DNA from: Chiloscyllium plagiosum
Lineage: Eukaryota
Direction: 5' to 3'
Length of the DNA: 64,000 bases
NCBI RefSeq assembly: GCF_004010195.1
Contig: NC_057750.1
Coordinates: forward strand, 9,496,062-9,560,061
In this document: piece after piece, positions 36,850 through 50,286 of the stretch
Layout of the letters: the number at the start of each line of letters is the position of its first letter
Numbering within the stretch: the stretch's first letter is position 1
Translations under genes and position numbers: made by a program
Notes under the pieces: generated by a model
What the model saw: only the letters and a program-made list of their open reading frames with translations
What the model was told of the DNA's origin: nothing
Database searches by the model: none

Positions 36850-37084
36850 ATGCCAAATGGAGTCAGACCAGACCAGACCAGAAGTACAACCTCAGCAGTA
36901 TTTCCCTGCTTTTTTTGTTTATTCATTCATGGAACACGGGTGTCACTGGCTGGTAGCATATATTCCCTACCCCTCAGGTGTCTTTGAACTGACTAATTTG
37001 CAAGGCCATCCCAGAGGGCAGTTGAAAGTCAATTATATTGCTGCAGGTCTGGAGTCACGTGTGTCATAGAGTCCCTTTGAATCA

Positions 37085-37315
37085 TATAATCCCTACAGTG
37101 TGAGAACAGGCCCTTCGGCCCAGCAAGTCCACACCGACCCTCCAAAGGGTATCCCACCCAGATCCATTCCCCTGTTATTCTACATTTACCACCAACTAAT
37201 GCACCTAATCTACACACCCCTGAACACTATGGGCGATTTAGCACAGCCAATTCACCCTATACGTCTAACCTACATTTCTTTGGCTTGTGGGAGGAAACTG
37301 AGCCACTGTGCCAGT
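37085..37315 (-). mobile_element. HE1 SINE, internally deleted
   Basis: Tail and partial body. Confidence 0.8.
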
Positions 37316-37466
37316 GTAGGTCATCCTTATTGGGCCACATGTAGACCAAGCCCAGTAAGGATGACAGTTTCCTTCCCTCAATGACATTAGTGAACCAGAT
37401 AGGTTTTTCCTACAATCGACAATGGTCATCACTAGACTCTTAAATCCAGATTCTTTACTGAATGCA

Positions 37467-38052
37467 GGGCAGCAGGGTGGCTCAGTGTTAACACTGCTGC
37501 CTCACAGCACCAGGGACCCAGGTTTGATTCCAGCCTTGGGGGATATCTGTGTGGAGTTTGCACATTCTCCCTGTGTCTGCGTGGGTTTCCTCCCAAAGAT
37601 GTGCAGGTCAGGGTGGGTCAGCCATGGGAAATGCAGGGTTACAGGACTGGGGTGGGATGCTCTTTGGAGGGTCAATGTGGTCTTGATGGGCAGAATGGCC
37701 TGCTTCCACACTGTAGAGCTTCTAAGATTCATTTTGGGGCGGCACAGTGGCTCAGTGGTTAGCACTGCTGCCTCACAGCACCAAGGGCCAGGGTTCAATT
37801 CCAGCCTCGGGCGACTGTCTGTGTGGGGTTTGCACATTCTCCCCGTGTCTGCGTGGGTTTCCTCCAGGTACTCCAGTTTCCTCGCACAATCCAAAGATGT
37901 GCAGGTCAGGTGAATTGGCCGTGCTAAACTGCCGAGTCAGGGGTAAATATAGGGTAGGGGAATGGCTCTGGGTGGATTACTCTTTGGGGAGTTGGTATGG
38001 GCTTTATGGGCTGAAGGGCCTGTTTCCATACTGTAGGGTGCATAATCTAATC
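37467..38052 (+). mobile_element. Two head-to-tail HE1 SINEs (37467-37730, 37737-38052)
   Basis: Two tRNA-like heads and V-domains. Confidence 0.9.
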
Positions 38053-39109
38053 AGTTTCCACCATCTGCCATGGCAGGTTTCAAATCCGGGTTCCCAAGAA
38101 CGTTAGCTGAGTTTCTGGGTTAATAGCCGAGCAATAAAACCACTAGGCCGTAGCCTCCTGTCTTGTATTCCAACAGCAGTGCTGTGGTCTGGTAAGATCA
38201 TGACTATGACTGAGGCCTTTATCCTGGTGAGACTACATTAAGCTGACTGGCATTCACCTCGAATTTGAATGGCGCCCTTTCGAGTCCTCGGGGCACTCAG
38301 CAGGGAAGTGCTGCTGTTGTCAGGCAAGAGAGCCATCTGCGCACAGCAAGATCCCACAGCTAGCGACGCGATGATGACGAAACAATCTGTTTCTCGCCCT
38401 GTTGATCGAGGGATGAGTATTATCTGGGAGATGGAGCCGCATCCTTTCCCCTATTGTTTGAAATACTGGCCGCGGGGTCTTCTACATCCATCTGAGAGAG
38501 GGTCTTTCTCTGACCCTCCCATCTCCGACAGTGCAGCACTCCCCCACTCCTACTGCCCAGATTGTGTTTCACAGCCTGACCAGAGGTCATTGATGGAGCC
38601 ACAGCTCACAGCTCGCATGAACGTGATGATTCCGGGGAGGAGGTGACAAATGACCAGGCAATGTTCCTTCCTCAACCATAACGCATCGAGCAACCGGGTA
38701 TGAGTTATTGTGGTTTGCTGGCAACCAGTTCGCAACGGCAGAGTGTTCTTGTAACCACAGGATCTGTGTATTTGCTTAAAAATAGAGATGGCAACTCTCC
38801 AGGAACTGAGAGATTAATCCCCAAGTCACTGCAAGAAACCAGACCCATGGCATAAAATAAATATAATGGTATTTTAGTGTTCAAAATTGTGCGCACTGTC
38901 TTATCCTCTCACAGGATGTGGCCCTCACTGGCTGGGCCAGCATTTATCACCCACATCCCTAATTGCCTCTAGAGGAGTTAGAGTTGAGCCACCCTCTTTA
39001 TCCATTTCCAGCCACAATCTGGCCTGGACAGAATTCCAGAAATTTTGACCCAATCTGAATATTTTTCCCTTCTCTTTGCATTTATTAATTATACTAGACA
39101 ATCATATTT

Positions 39110-39500
39110 GGTGGTGGCACTCTAGCTCGGTGGTTAACACTGCTACTTCTCAGTGCTAGGGTCCTAGCTTCAATTCCAGCCTCGGGGCGACTGACTGTGT
39201 GGAGCTTGCACATCCTCCCCGTGTCTGCGTGGGTTTCCTCCGGGTGCTCCGGTTTCCTCCCACAGTCGAAAGATGTGCAGGCTAGGCGGATTTGCCAGGC
39301 TACATTGCCCATAGGGTTCAGGGATGTGCAAGCTAGACAGATTACCCATGCTAAATTGCGCGTAGTGTTCAGGCATGTGTGGGTTATGTGCATTAGTCAG
39401 GGGTAAATATAGGGCATGGGTCTGGGTGGGATACTCTTCAGAGGATCGGTGTGGACCTGTGGGACCAAATAGCCTGTTTCCACATTGAAGGGATTCTGTG
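39110..39500 (+). mobile_element. HE1 SINE with two copies of the internal unit
   Basis: Head, V-domain, duplicated gatgtgca...catag unit. Confidence 0.9.
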
Positions 39501-39535
39501 ATAATTTTAGACAAGTTGGGGCTAAAAAAGGCCAC

Positions 39536-39990
39536 TTGACAGATTTACCAGGATGTTGCCGGATATGGAAGATTTGAGTTATAAAGATAGGCCCTGGAGA
39601 GTAGGGCTTTGAAAGACAGCCTGATAGAGGTTTATAAAATAATGAGGGGTATAGACGGGGCTAATGGTAGTTGTCTTTTCCCTCGGATGGGCGATTTCAA
39701 GACTAGGGGGTGTATTTTTAAGGCAAGAGGGAAGAGATTTGGAAAAAGACACGAAGGGCAAAGGTTTTACACAGAGGGTGGTTCATGTGTGGAATGAACT
39801 TCCAGAGGAAGTGGTGGATGTGGGTAGAGTTACAATGTTTAAAAGACATTTGGATAAGTTCATGAATAGGGAAGGTTTGGAGGGATATGGGCCAGGAGCA
39901 GGCAGGTGGGAGTGGTTTAGTTTTGGATTATGGTCAGCATGGACTGGTTGGGCCGAAGAGTCTGTTTCTGTGTTATATGATTTTATGACA
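39536..39990 (+). mobile_element. CR1/HER1 3' fragment
   Basis: LIEVYKIMRGID; FTQRVVHVWNELPEEVV. Confidence 0.85.
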
Positions 39991-40094
39991 GTCAGAGTGC
40001 ATCCAAATCGGGGAATTAAAAGCCTATATTTCCCTCCAGTAGGGGGCTTGGTGCCCTAAAGGTGGACAACTAGAGGCAGAGAAGTTGGCACTAT

Positions 40095-40290
40095 CATTAT
40101 CACCCCCCACCTGCGTCTACCTATCGCTTTCCCAGCTACTTTTGCCCCAGTCCAACACATCTATTTATGTCTCAAACCTCCCTTCCACCCGTTCCCACTC
40201 AAACTCCTGATGAAGGGTTTATGCCTGACTCCCCTGCTCCTCAGATGCTGCTTGACCGGCTGTGCTTTTCCAGCACCACATTCTCCAACT
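40095..40290 (+). mobile_element. Penelope-type family B terminal fragment
   Basis: cctgatgaagggtttatgcctga...tgtgcttttccagcaccaca; GAAAC box deleted. Confidence 0.65.
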
Positions 40291-40602
40291 AGAAAACAAT
40301 GAGACAACCCTGGGAACAGGACAAGCTGGAGTAGGCAACATACCTCAGTTATAAGTCTTAGGCTTACAAGCCCGACTCCATCACCATTTTACCAAAGGAT
40401 TTATTATTGGATTATACCACGTGCAATTTGAAGCCACACCCACAGAACACTAATTTGGAACCCTGCGTTCACCAATCACTATAACTACCATGTTATCTTT
40501 TCCTTATATTGCATAGACTTAAACGACTTGGACTGTGCTCACACATTCCTTTTTGAAATTTTGAAATGTGTTTTCTTTTTATATTCACTCACGGGGCACT
40601 GA

Positions 40603-40850
40603 GGTGACGTGGTGGTTCAGTGGTTAGCACTGCTGCCTCGGGCGACTGTCTGTGTGGAGTTTGCGCGCTCTCCCCGTGTCTGCGTGGGTTTCCTCCCCCA
40701 ATTCCAAAGATATGCAGGTCAGGGCGGAATGGCCATGCTAAATTGTCCAGCGTGTCCAGGGATGTGCGGATGAGGTGGGTTAGCCATGGGAAATATGAGG
40801 ATGGTGTGGGATTCTCTTCAGTGGGTTGTTGTGGAGTCAATGGGCTGTAG
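40603..40850 (+). mobile_element. HE1 SINE, degenerate
   Basis: A box and V-domain. Confidence 0.8.
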
Positions 40851-41497
40851 CGGTTGTATGGAATGCAGACAGTCGCAGCATTTTACTGCACACCCCTCGT
40901 TGTGTACACATTTTTGAAACTTGGCAGCAACTGAGATGTGAAATTTATTGACATTTTGTTTCACAAATAAATTCTGTGGTGTTTTGAGGCTTGAAAATTA
41001 ATTGGACAGAGTAGTATTTCTTTTTTTTTGCACAGGGCAGCCTTGGACTCTTTCTCTCTGCCTCCCCGTCAGATGGATGTAATGTTTTCATCGAACGGTT
41101 TCCATCCACGTCTGATTACACTGGCACTTTAATCGGCCCAGTCAGCGGGAGATCAGGGGGCAGCATATTCTACAACACTTCCTTGGCACAGTGGCCGGCT
41201 GGAAACCTTTGTAACAGCGGAATGGTAAGGGAGGGGGAAGGAATGCCAGGTTCAATTGTACTTAAGTCCTAAATTTGATGGAAGTGCCTATCCAATCACT
41301 GTCAGTGAAGGGAAGGACAGTGTGGTAGTGTCACTGCACGAGTGAATCCTGGCTTCCAGACTAATATTCCGGGGATTGGATTGAATTACGTTATTGTCAC
41401 ATGTACTCGAGTGAGTATTATTTCCATAAATGGCCACATAAGGTGCCCTGGGAATTCAACAATGGCACGTCATGAGAAGTGAATTCAATTATAAATC

Positions 41498-44400
41498 CTC
41501 TGATAACGTGACAGACAGATAGGCCTTCTGAGGCCTGGGCCCGTCCATCCTGTCTGCTTTTCTACTTGTTTCATTTCTTTTTCTGTATCTATTCTCTTGT
41601 TTTGCTTCTATTTTATTTTACTTACCTCTTGGTGAAGAGCTCGGTTGTGGACTCAGCATCAGTGAGTAGACCCAGCAGTGTGGGTTAGAGTGGGCCCAGC
41701 AGTGTGGGTTAGAGTGGGCCCAGCAGTGTGGGTTAGAGTGGGCCCAGCAGCATGGATTAGAGTGGGCCCAGCAGCATGGATTAGAGTCGGCACAGCTGCA
41801 TGGATTAGAGTGGGCCCAGCAGCATGGATTAGAGTCGGCACAGTAGCATGGATTAGAGTGGGCCCAGCAGCATGGATTAGAGTGGGCCCAGCAGCATGGA
41901 TGACAGTGGGCACAGCAGCATGGATTAGTGTGGGCACATCACCATGGATTAGGGTGGGCCCAGCAGTAAGGATTAGAGTGGGCAAAGCAGCATGGATTAG
42001 AGGGGCAAAGCAGCATGGATTAGTGTGGGCCCAGCAGCATGGATTAGAGTGGGTACAGCAGTAAGGATTAGAGTGGGCAAAGCAGCATGGATTAGAGGGG
42101 CAAAGCAGCATGGATTAGTGTGGGCCCAGCAGCATGGATTAGTGTGGGCCCAGCAGCATGGATTAGAGTGGGTACAGCAGCATGCATTAGAGTGGGCACA
42201 GCAGTGTGGATTAGAGTGGGCCCAGCAGCAGCATGGATTAAAGTGGGCCCAGCAGCAGGAATTATAGTGGGCCCAGCAGCAAGGATTAGAGTGGGCCAGC
42301 AGTGTGAATTAGTGTGGGCCCAGCAGTATGAATTAGTGTGGGCCTAGCAGCATGAATTAGTGTGGGCACATCACCATGGATTAGTGTGGGCCCAGCAGTG
42401 TGGATTAGTGTGGGCCCAGCAGCAGGAATTAGAGTGGGCCCAGCAGCAGGAATTAGAGTGGGCCCAGCAGCATGGAGTAGTGTGGGCCGAGCAGTGTAGA
42501 TTGGAGTGGGCCTAGCAGCATGGATTAGTGTGGGCCCAGCAGTGTGGGTTGGCGTGAGCATAGCAGTGTGGATTGGAGTGGGCACAGCAGTGTGGATTAG
42601 TGTGGGCCCAGCAGTATGAANNNNNNNNNNNNNNNNNNNNNNNNNNNNNNNNNNNNNNNNNNNNNNNNNNNNNNNNNNNNNNNNNNNNNNNNNNNNNNNN
42701 NNNNNNNNNNNNNNNNNNNNNNNNNNNNNNNNNNNNNNNNNNNNNNNNNNNNNNNNNNNNNNTAGTGTGGGCCCAGCAGTGTGGATTAGTGTGGGCCCAG
42801 CAGTGTGCATTATATTGGGCCCAGCAGTTTGGATTAGAGTGGGCACAGCAGTATGGATTAGACTGGGCCCAGCAGTGTGAATTAGCGTGGGCCCAGCAGC
42901 ATGGATTAGAGTCGGCCCAGTAGCATGGATTAGAGTGGGTACAGCAGTGTGGATTAGAGTGGGCCCAGCAGTTTGTATTAGAGTGGGCACAGCAGCATGG
43001 ATTAGTGTGGGCACATCACCATGGATTAGTGTGGGCCCAGCAGTGTGGATTAGAGTGGGCACAGCAGTATGGATTAGAGTGGGCACAGCAGCATGGATTA
43101 GTGTGGGCACATCACCATGGATTAGTGTGGGCCCAGTAGTGTGGATTAGTGTGGGCCCAGCAGCAGCATGGATTAAAGTGGGCCCAGCAGCAGGAATTAG
43201 AGTGGGCCCAGCAGCAAGGATTAGAGTGGGCCAGCAGCATGGATTAGTGTGGGCCCAGCAGGGTGAATTAGAGTGGGCCCAGGAGCATGGATTAGTGTGG
43301 GCCCAGCAGTGTGGATTGGCGTGGGCATAACAGTGTGGATTGGAGTGGGCACTGCAGTGTGGATTAGTGTGGGCTCAGAAGCATGGATGAGAATGGGCCC
43401 AGCAGCATGGATTAGTGTGGGCCTAGCAGTGTGGATAGGAGTGGACACAGCAGTGTGGATTAGTGTGGGCCCAGCAGTGTGAATTAGAGTGGGAAAAGCA
43501 GCATGGATTAGTGTGGGCCTAGCAGTGTGGATTGGAGTGGGCACAGCAGCATGGATGAGAGTGGGCACCACAGCATGGATTAGAGTGGGCACAGCAGTGT
43601 GGATTACAGTGAGCACAGCAGTATGGATTAGAGTGGGCCCGGCAGCATGTATCAGAGTGGGCACAGCAGTATGGATTAGAGTGGGCACACCAGTATGGAT
43701 TAAAGTGGGCCCAGCAGTGTGGATTAGAGTGGGCCCAGCAGTGTGGATTAGTGTGGGCCCAGCAGTGTGGATTAGAGTGGGCCCAGCAGTATGGATTAGT
43801 GTGGGACTAGCAGTGTGGATTAGAGTGGGAACATCAATGTGGATTAGAGTTGGTCCAGCAGCATGGATTAGAGTGTGCCCAGCAGGTTAGATTAGAGTGG
43901 GCACAGCAGTATGGAGTAGAGTGGGCCCAGCAGCATGGATTAGAGTGGGCCCAGCAGTGTAGATTAGAGTGGAGCCAACAGCATGGATTCGAGTGAACCC
44001 AGCAGCATGGATTAGAGTGGGCACAGCAGTGTGGATTAGAGTGGGCCCAGCAGTGTGGATTAGTGTGGGCCCAGCAGCATGGATTAGAGTGGGCCCAGCA
44101 GCATGGATTAAAGTGGGCCCAGAAGGATGGATTAGTGTGGGCCCAGCATCATGGATTAGTGTGGGCTCAGCAGCATGGATTAGAGTGGGCAAAGCAGCAT
44201 GGAATGTCAGCACAGCAGCATTGATTAGTGTGGGCTCAGCAGCATGGATTAGAGTGGGCAAAGCAGCATGGATTAAAGTGGGCCCAGCATCATGGATTAG
44301 TGTGGGCCCAGCACCATGGATTAGAGTGGGCAAGCAGCATGGATTAATGTGGGCACAGCAGCATGGATCATAGTGGGCCCAGAAGCATGGATTTGAGTGA

Positions 44401-47400
44401 ATCCAGCAGCATGGATTAAAGTGGGCCCAGCAGTGTGGATTTGAGTGGGCCCAGCAGTGTGGATTAGAGTGGGCCCAGCACATGGATTAAAGTGGGCCCA
44501 GCAGCATGGATTAGTGTGGGCCCAGCAGCATGGATTAGAGTGGGCCCAGCAGCATGGATTAGAGTCGGCACAGCAGCATGGAGTAGTGTGGGCCCAGCAG
44601 CATGGTTTAGAGTGGGCCCAGCAGTCTGGATTAGAGTGGACCCAGCAGCATGGACTCGAGTGAATCCAGCAGCATTGATTAGAGTGTGCACAGCAGCATG
44701 GATTAAAGTGGGCCCAGCAGCATGGATTAGAGTGGGTCCAGCAGCATGGATTAAAGTGGGCACAGCAGCATGGATTAGTGGTGGGCCAGCAGTGTGGCTT
44801 AGAGTGGGCACAGCAGTATGGATTAAAGTGGGCACAGCAGCATGGTTTAGAGTGGGCCCAGCAGTGTGGATTAGAGTGGGCCCAGCAGCATAGATTAGAG
44901 TGGGCCCAGCAGCATGGATTAGAGTGGGCCCAGCAGCATGGACTCGAGTAGGCCCAGCAGCATGGATTAGAGTGGGCACAGCAGCATGGATTAGTGTGGG
45001 CCCAGCAGCATGGACACGAGTCGGCTCAGCAGCATGGATTAGAGTGGACCCAGCAGCATGGATTAAAGTGGGCACAGCAACATGGATTAGTGTGGGCCCA
45101 GCAACATGGATTAGAGTGGGCCCAGCAGCATGGATTAGTGTGGGCCCAGCAGTATGGTTTAGAGTGGGCACAGTAGCATGGATTAGAGTCGGCACAGCAG
45201 CATGGGAAGTCGGCACAGCAGCATGGATTAGTGTGGGCACAGCAGCATGGATTACAGTGGGCACAGCAGTATGGATTAGTGTGGGCACAGCAGCACGGAT
45301 TAGAGTGGGCACAGCAGTATGGATTAGAGTGGGCACAGCAGCATGGATTAGAATAGACCCTGCAGCATGGATTAGAGTGGGCACAGCAGCATGGATTAGA
45401 GTGGGCCCAGCAGCATGGATTAGAGTTGGCACAGCTGCATGGATTAGAGTGGGCACAGCAGCATGGATTAGAGTGGACCCAGCAGCATGGATTAGAGTGG
45501 ACCCAGCAGCATGGATTAGAGTTGGCACAGCTGCATGGATTAAAGTGGGCACAGCAGCATGGAATAGTGGCAGCCCAGCAGTGTGGATTAGAGTGGGCAC
45601 AGAAGTATGGATTAAAGTGGGCACAGCAGCATGGATTAGAGTGGGCCCAGCAGCATGGATTAGTGTGGGCCCAGCTGCATGGACTTGAGAAGGCCCAGCA
45701 GCATGGGCTAGAGTTAGCACAGCAGCATGGATTAGAGTGGGCACAGCAGCATGGATTAGTGTGGGCTCAGCAGTGTGGATTAAAGTGGGCACAGCAGCAT
45801 GGATTAGTGTGGGTCCAGCTGCATGGATTAGTGTGGGCAGAGCAGTATGGATTAGAGTGGGCACAGCAGCATGGAGTAGTGTGGGCAGAGCAGTATGGAT
45901 TAGAGTGGGCCCAGCAGCATGGATTAGAGTGTGCGCAGCAGCATGGATTAGTGTGGGCAGAGCAGTATGGATTAGAGTGGGCCCAGCAGCATGGATTAGA
46001 GTGTGCACAGCAGCATGTATTAGAGTGGGCCCAGTAGCATGGATTAGAGTGGGCCTAGCAGCATGGATTAGTGTGGACTCAGCAGCATGGATTAGAGTGG
46101 GCCTAGCAGCATGGATTAGAGTGGGCACAGCAGCATGGATTAAAGTGGGCACAGCAGCATGGATTAGTGTGGGTCCAGCTGCATGGATTAGTGTGGGCAG
46201 AGCAGTATGGATTAGAGTCGGCACAGCAGCATGGAGTAGTGTGGGCCCAGCAGCATGGATTAGAGTGGGCCCAACAGCATGGATTAGAGTGGGCCCAGCA
46301 GCATGGATTAGTGCGGGCCCAGCAGCATGGATTAGTGTGGGCCCAGCAGTGCGGATTAGTGTAGGCCCAGCAGCATGGATTAGAGTGGGCCCAGCAGCAT
46401 GGAATAGAGTGGGCCCAACAGCATGGATTAGTGTGGGCCCAGCAGTGTGGAATAGAGTGGGCCCAACAGCATGTATTAGAGGGGCCCAGCAGCATGGATT
46501 AGTGTGGGCCCAGCAGCATGGATTAGTGTGGGCCCAGCAGCATGGATTAGAGTGGGCACAGCAGTATGGATTAGAGTGGGCACAGCAGCATGGATTAGAG
46601 TGGGCCCAGCAGTGCGCATTAGTGTGGGCCCAGCAGCATGGATTAGAGTGGGCACAGCAGCATGGAATAGAGTGGGCCCAACAGCATGGATTAGAGTGGG
46701 CCCAGCAGCATGGATTAGTGTGGGCCCAGCAGTGCGGATTAGTGTGGGTCCAGCAGCATGGATTAGAGTGGGCACAGCAGCAGGGATTAGTGTGGACCCA
46801 GCAGCATGGATTGGAGTGGGCACAACAGTGTGAATTAGTGTGGGCCCAGCCGCACGGATTAGAGTGCGCACAGAACCATGGATTAGAGTGGGCACAGCAG
46901 CATGGATTAGAGTGGGCCTAGCAGCATGGATTAGAGTGGGCACAGCAGCATGGATTAGAGTGGGCCCTGCAGCATGGACCCGAGTAGGCCCACCAGCATG
47001 GATTAGAGTGGGCACAGTACCATGGATTAGAGTGGGCACAGCAGCATGAATTAGTGTGGGCCCAGCAGTTTGGATTAGAGTGGGCCCAGGTGCATGAACT
47101 CAAGTAGGACCACCAGCATGGATTAGAGTGGGCACAGCAGCATGGATTAATGTGGGTCCAGCAGCATGGATTAGTGTGGGCCCAGCAGTGTGGACTAGTG
47201 TGGGCCCAGCAGCATGGATTAGTGTGGGCCCACCAGCATGGATTAGAGTGGGCACAGCAGCATGGATTAGTGTGGGCACAGCAGCATGGATTAGAATGGG
47301 CACAGTAGTGTGAATTATCATGGGCCCAGCAGCATGGATTAGAGTGGGCACAGCAGCATGGATTAGAGTGGGCACAGTAGCATGGATTAGAGTGGGCCCA

Positions 47401-50286
47401 GTAGCATGGATTAGAGTGGGCACAGCAGCATGGATTAGAGCCCAGTAGCATGGATTAGAGTGGGCACAGCAGCATGGATTAGAGTGGGCCCAGTAGCATG
47501 GATTAAAGTGGGCACAGCAGCATGAATTAGTGTGGGCCCAGCAGTGTGGATTAGAGTGGGCCCAGGAGCATGAACTCAAGTAGGACCACCAGCATGGATT
47601 AGAGTGGGCACAGCAGCATGGATTAAAGTGGGCACAGCAGCTTGGATTAGTGTGGGCCCAGCAGTGTGGATTAGTGTGGGCCCAGCAGCATGGATTAGTG
47701 TGGGCCCACCAGCGTGGATTAGAGTGGGCACAGCAGCATGGATTGATGTGGGTCCAGCAGCATGGATTAGAATGGGCACAGCAGCATGGATTAGAGTGGG
47801 CACAGCAGCATGGTTTAGAGTGGGCCCAGTAGCATGGATTAGGGTGGGCACAGCAGCATGGATTAAAGTGGGCACAGTAGCATGGATTAGAGTGGGCCCA
47901 GTAGCATGGATTAGAGTGGGCCCAGCAGTGTGGATTAGAGTGGGCCCAGTAGCATGGATTAGAGTGGGCACAGCAGCATGGATTAGAGTGGGCCCAGTAG
48001 CATGGATTAGAGTGGGCACAGCAGCATGAATTAGAGTGGGCCCAGTAGCATGGATTAGAGTGGGCACAGCAGCATGGATTAATGTGGGTCCAGCAGCATG
48101 GATTAGAATGGGCACAGCAGCATGGATTAGAGTGGCCCCAGCAGCATGGATTAGAGTGGGCCCAGCAGCATGGATTAGAGTGGGCCTAGCAGCATGGATT
48201 AGTGTGGGCACAGCAGCATGGATTAGAGTGAACCCAGCAGCATGGATTAGAGTGGGCACAGCAGCATGGATTAGAGTGGGCCTAGCAGCATGGATTAAAG
48301 TGGGCACAGCAGCATGGATTAATGTGGGTCCAGCAGCATGGATTAGAATGGGCACAGCAGTGTGAATTATCATGGGCCCAGCAGCATGGTTTAGAGTGGG
48401 CTTGCAGCATGGATTAGTGTGGGCACAGCAGCATGGATTAGAGTGGGCCCAGTAGCATGGATTAGAGTGGGCACAGCAGCATGGATTAGTGTGGGCACAG
48501 CAGCATGGATTAGTGTGGACCCAGCAGTATGCATTAGAGTGGGCCCAGCAGCATGGATTAGAGTGGGCACAGCAGCATGGATTAGTGTGGGCAGAGCAGT
48601 ATGGATTAGAGTTGGCACAGCAGCATGGATTAGAGAGGGCGCAGCAGCATGGATTCGAGTGGGCACAGCAGCATGTAATAGAGTGGGCTCAACAGCATGG
48701 ATTAGAGTGGGCCCAGCAGCATGGACTAGTGTGGGCACAGCAGCATGGATTAGAGTGGGCCCAGCAGTGTGGATTAGAGTGGGCCCAGCAGCATGGATTA
48801 GTGTGGGCAGAGCAGTATGGATTAGAGTCGGCACAGCAGCATGGATTAGAGTGGGCACAGCAGCATGGATTAGAATTGGCACAGCAGTGTGAATTAGTGT
48901 GGGCCCAGCCGCACGGATTAGAGTGCGCACAGAACCATGGATTAGAGTGGGCACAGCAGCATGGATTAGAGTGGGCCCAGCAGCATGGAATAGAGTGGGC
49001 CCAACAGCATGGATTAGAGTGGGCACAGCAGCATGAATTAGTGTGGGCCCAACAGCATGGATTAGAGTGGGCACAGCAGCATGGATTAGTGTGGGCCCAG
49101 CAGTGCGGATTAGTGTGGGTCCAGCAGCATGGATTAGAGTGGGCACAGCAGCAGGGATCAGTGTGTACCCAGCAGCATGGATTGGAGTGGGCACAGCAGT
49201 GTGAATTAGTGTGGGCCCAGCCGCACGGATTAGAGTGCGCACAGAACCATGGATTAGAGTGGGCACAGCAGCATGGATTAGAGTGGGCCTAGCAGCATGG
49301 ATTAGAGTGGGCACAGCAGCATGGATTAGAGTGGGCCCAGCAGTGCGGATTAGTGTGGGACCAGCAGCATGGATTAGAGTGGGCCCAGCAGCATGGAATA
49401 GAGTGGGCCCAACAGCATGGATTAGTGTGGGCCCAGCAGTGTGGATTAGTGCGGGCCCAGCAGCATAGATTAGACTGGCCCAGCTGTGTGGATTACAGTG
49501 GGCCGAGCAGCATGGCTTACTGTGGGCCCAGCAGTGTGGATTAGAGTGGGCCCAGCAGTATGGATTAGAGTGGGCCCAGCAGCATGGATTAGTGTGGGCC
49601 CAGCAGAGTAGATAAGAGTGTGCCCAGCAGCATGGATTAGTGTGGGCCCAGCAGTGTGGATTAGAGTGGGCCCAGCAGTGTGGGTTAGTGTGGGCCCAGC
49701 AGTGTGGATTAGAGTGGGCCCAGCAGTGTGGATTAGAGTGGGCCCAGGCGCATGAACTTGTGGCAGTGGTGTTGGAGGAGTGTTTGGTTTCTCGGTGGTT
49801 ACTGTTTCAACAAGGCAGTGCTAGCGTCGGCTCATGGCCGCTGCGGAGGTGGTTTGGTTTCCTGGCGGCGTCTGTGTCCGGAGCAGATATCTTGGAAGTG
49901 GGTCGGAGTTTGAGTTCGGCCTAGTACGAGATTTGGCATCATCGGCAGCGGCTGTATCAGTGAGGACTCAGAATGGTGAGGTCTCGGTGGAGGTGAGATG
50001 GTGCTGAAGAGTGGGTGACGTTTGTTCCATCAGCAGAGGCATGGGGAATGGGTCTCACCTCTGCCCACAAGGCCCATGGCTCCATGACAGAGCTCATTCC
50101 AAGGACACAAAAAGTTGGACACCTTTTTCTTTACTTCTTCATTTTTCTGCTTTTATATTCTATGTCCTGATTTATTTTTCTTTGTTTTATTATGACGCCA
50201 GAGAGTGGTGACACTATACTACATTTTTTGCTGTAATTTTGAAACCAAATACATGTGACAATAAATAAATCAAATCAAATCAAATC
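41498..50286 (+). mobile_element. Retroposon-like insertion containing the 24-bp VNTR
   Basis: Splits a host SINE at gaattcaattataaatc|tggaatt; ends gtgacaataaataaat(caaat)3c; AAATC at both junctions. Confidence 0.6.
41664..49757. repeat. 24-bp minisatellite array, ~335 units including a 141-N gap
   Basis: Consensus agcatggattagagtgggc(c/a)cagc; 8-aa periodic ORFs. Confidence 0.98.

Noticed and set aside
41659..49544. Long repetitive ORFs (PTLIHAAG, WIRVGPAA, WAQQHGLE; up to 586 aa) as a mucin- or antifreeze-like gene
   Set aside because: A 24-bp unit is open in several frames on both strands by construction; frequent stops and 23-bp frameshifting units; no signal peptide or splice context
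41664..49757. CRISPR-like array
   Set aside because: Contiguous tandem units without unique spacers; eukaryotic context; no cas genes
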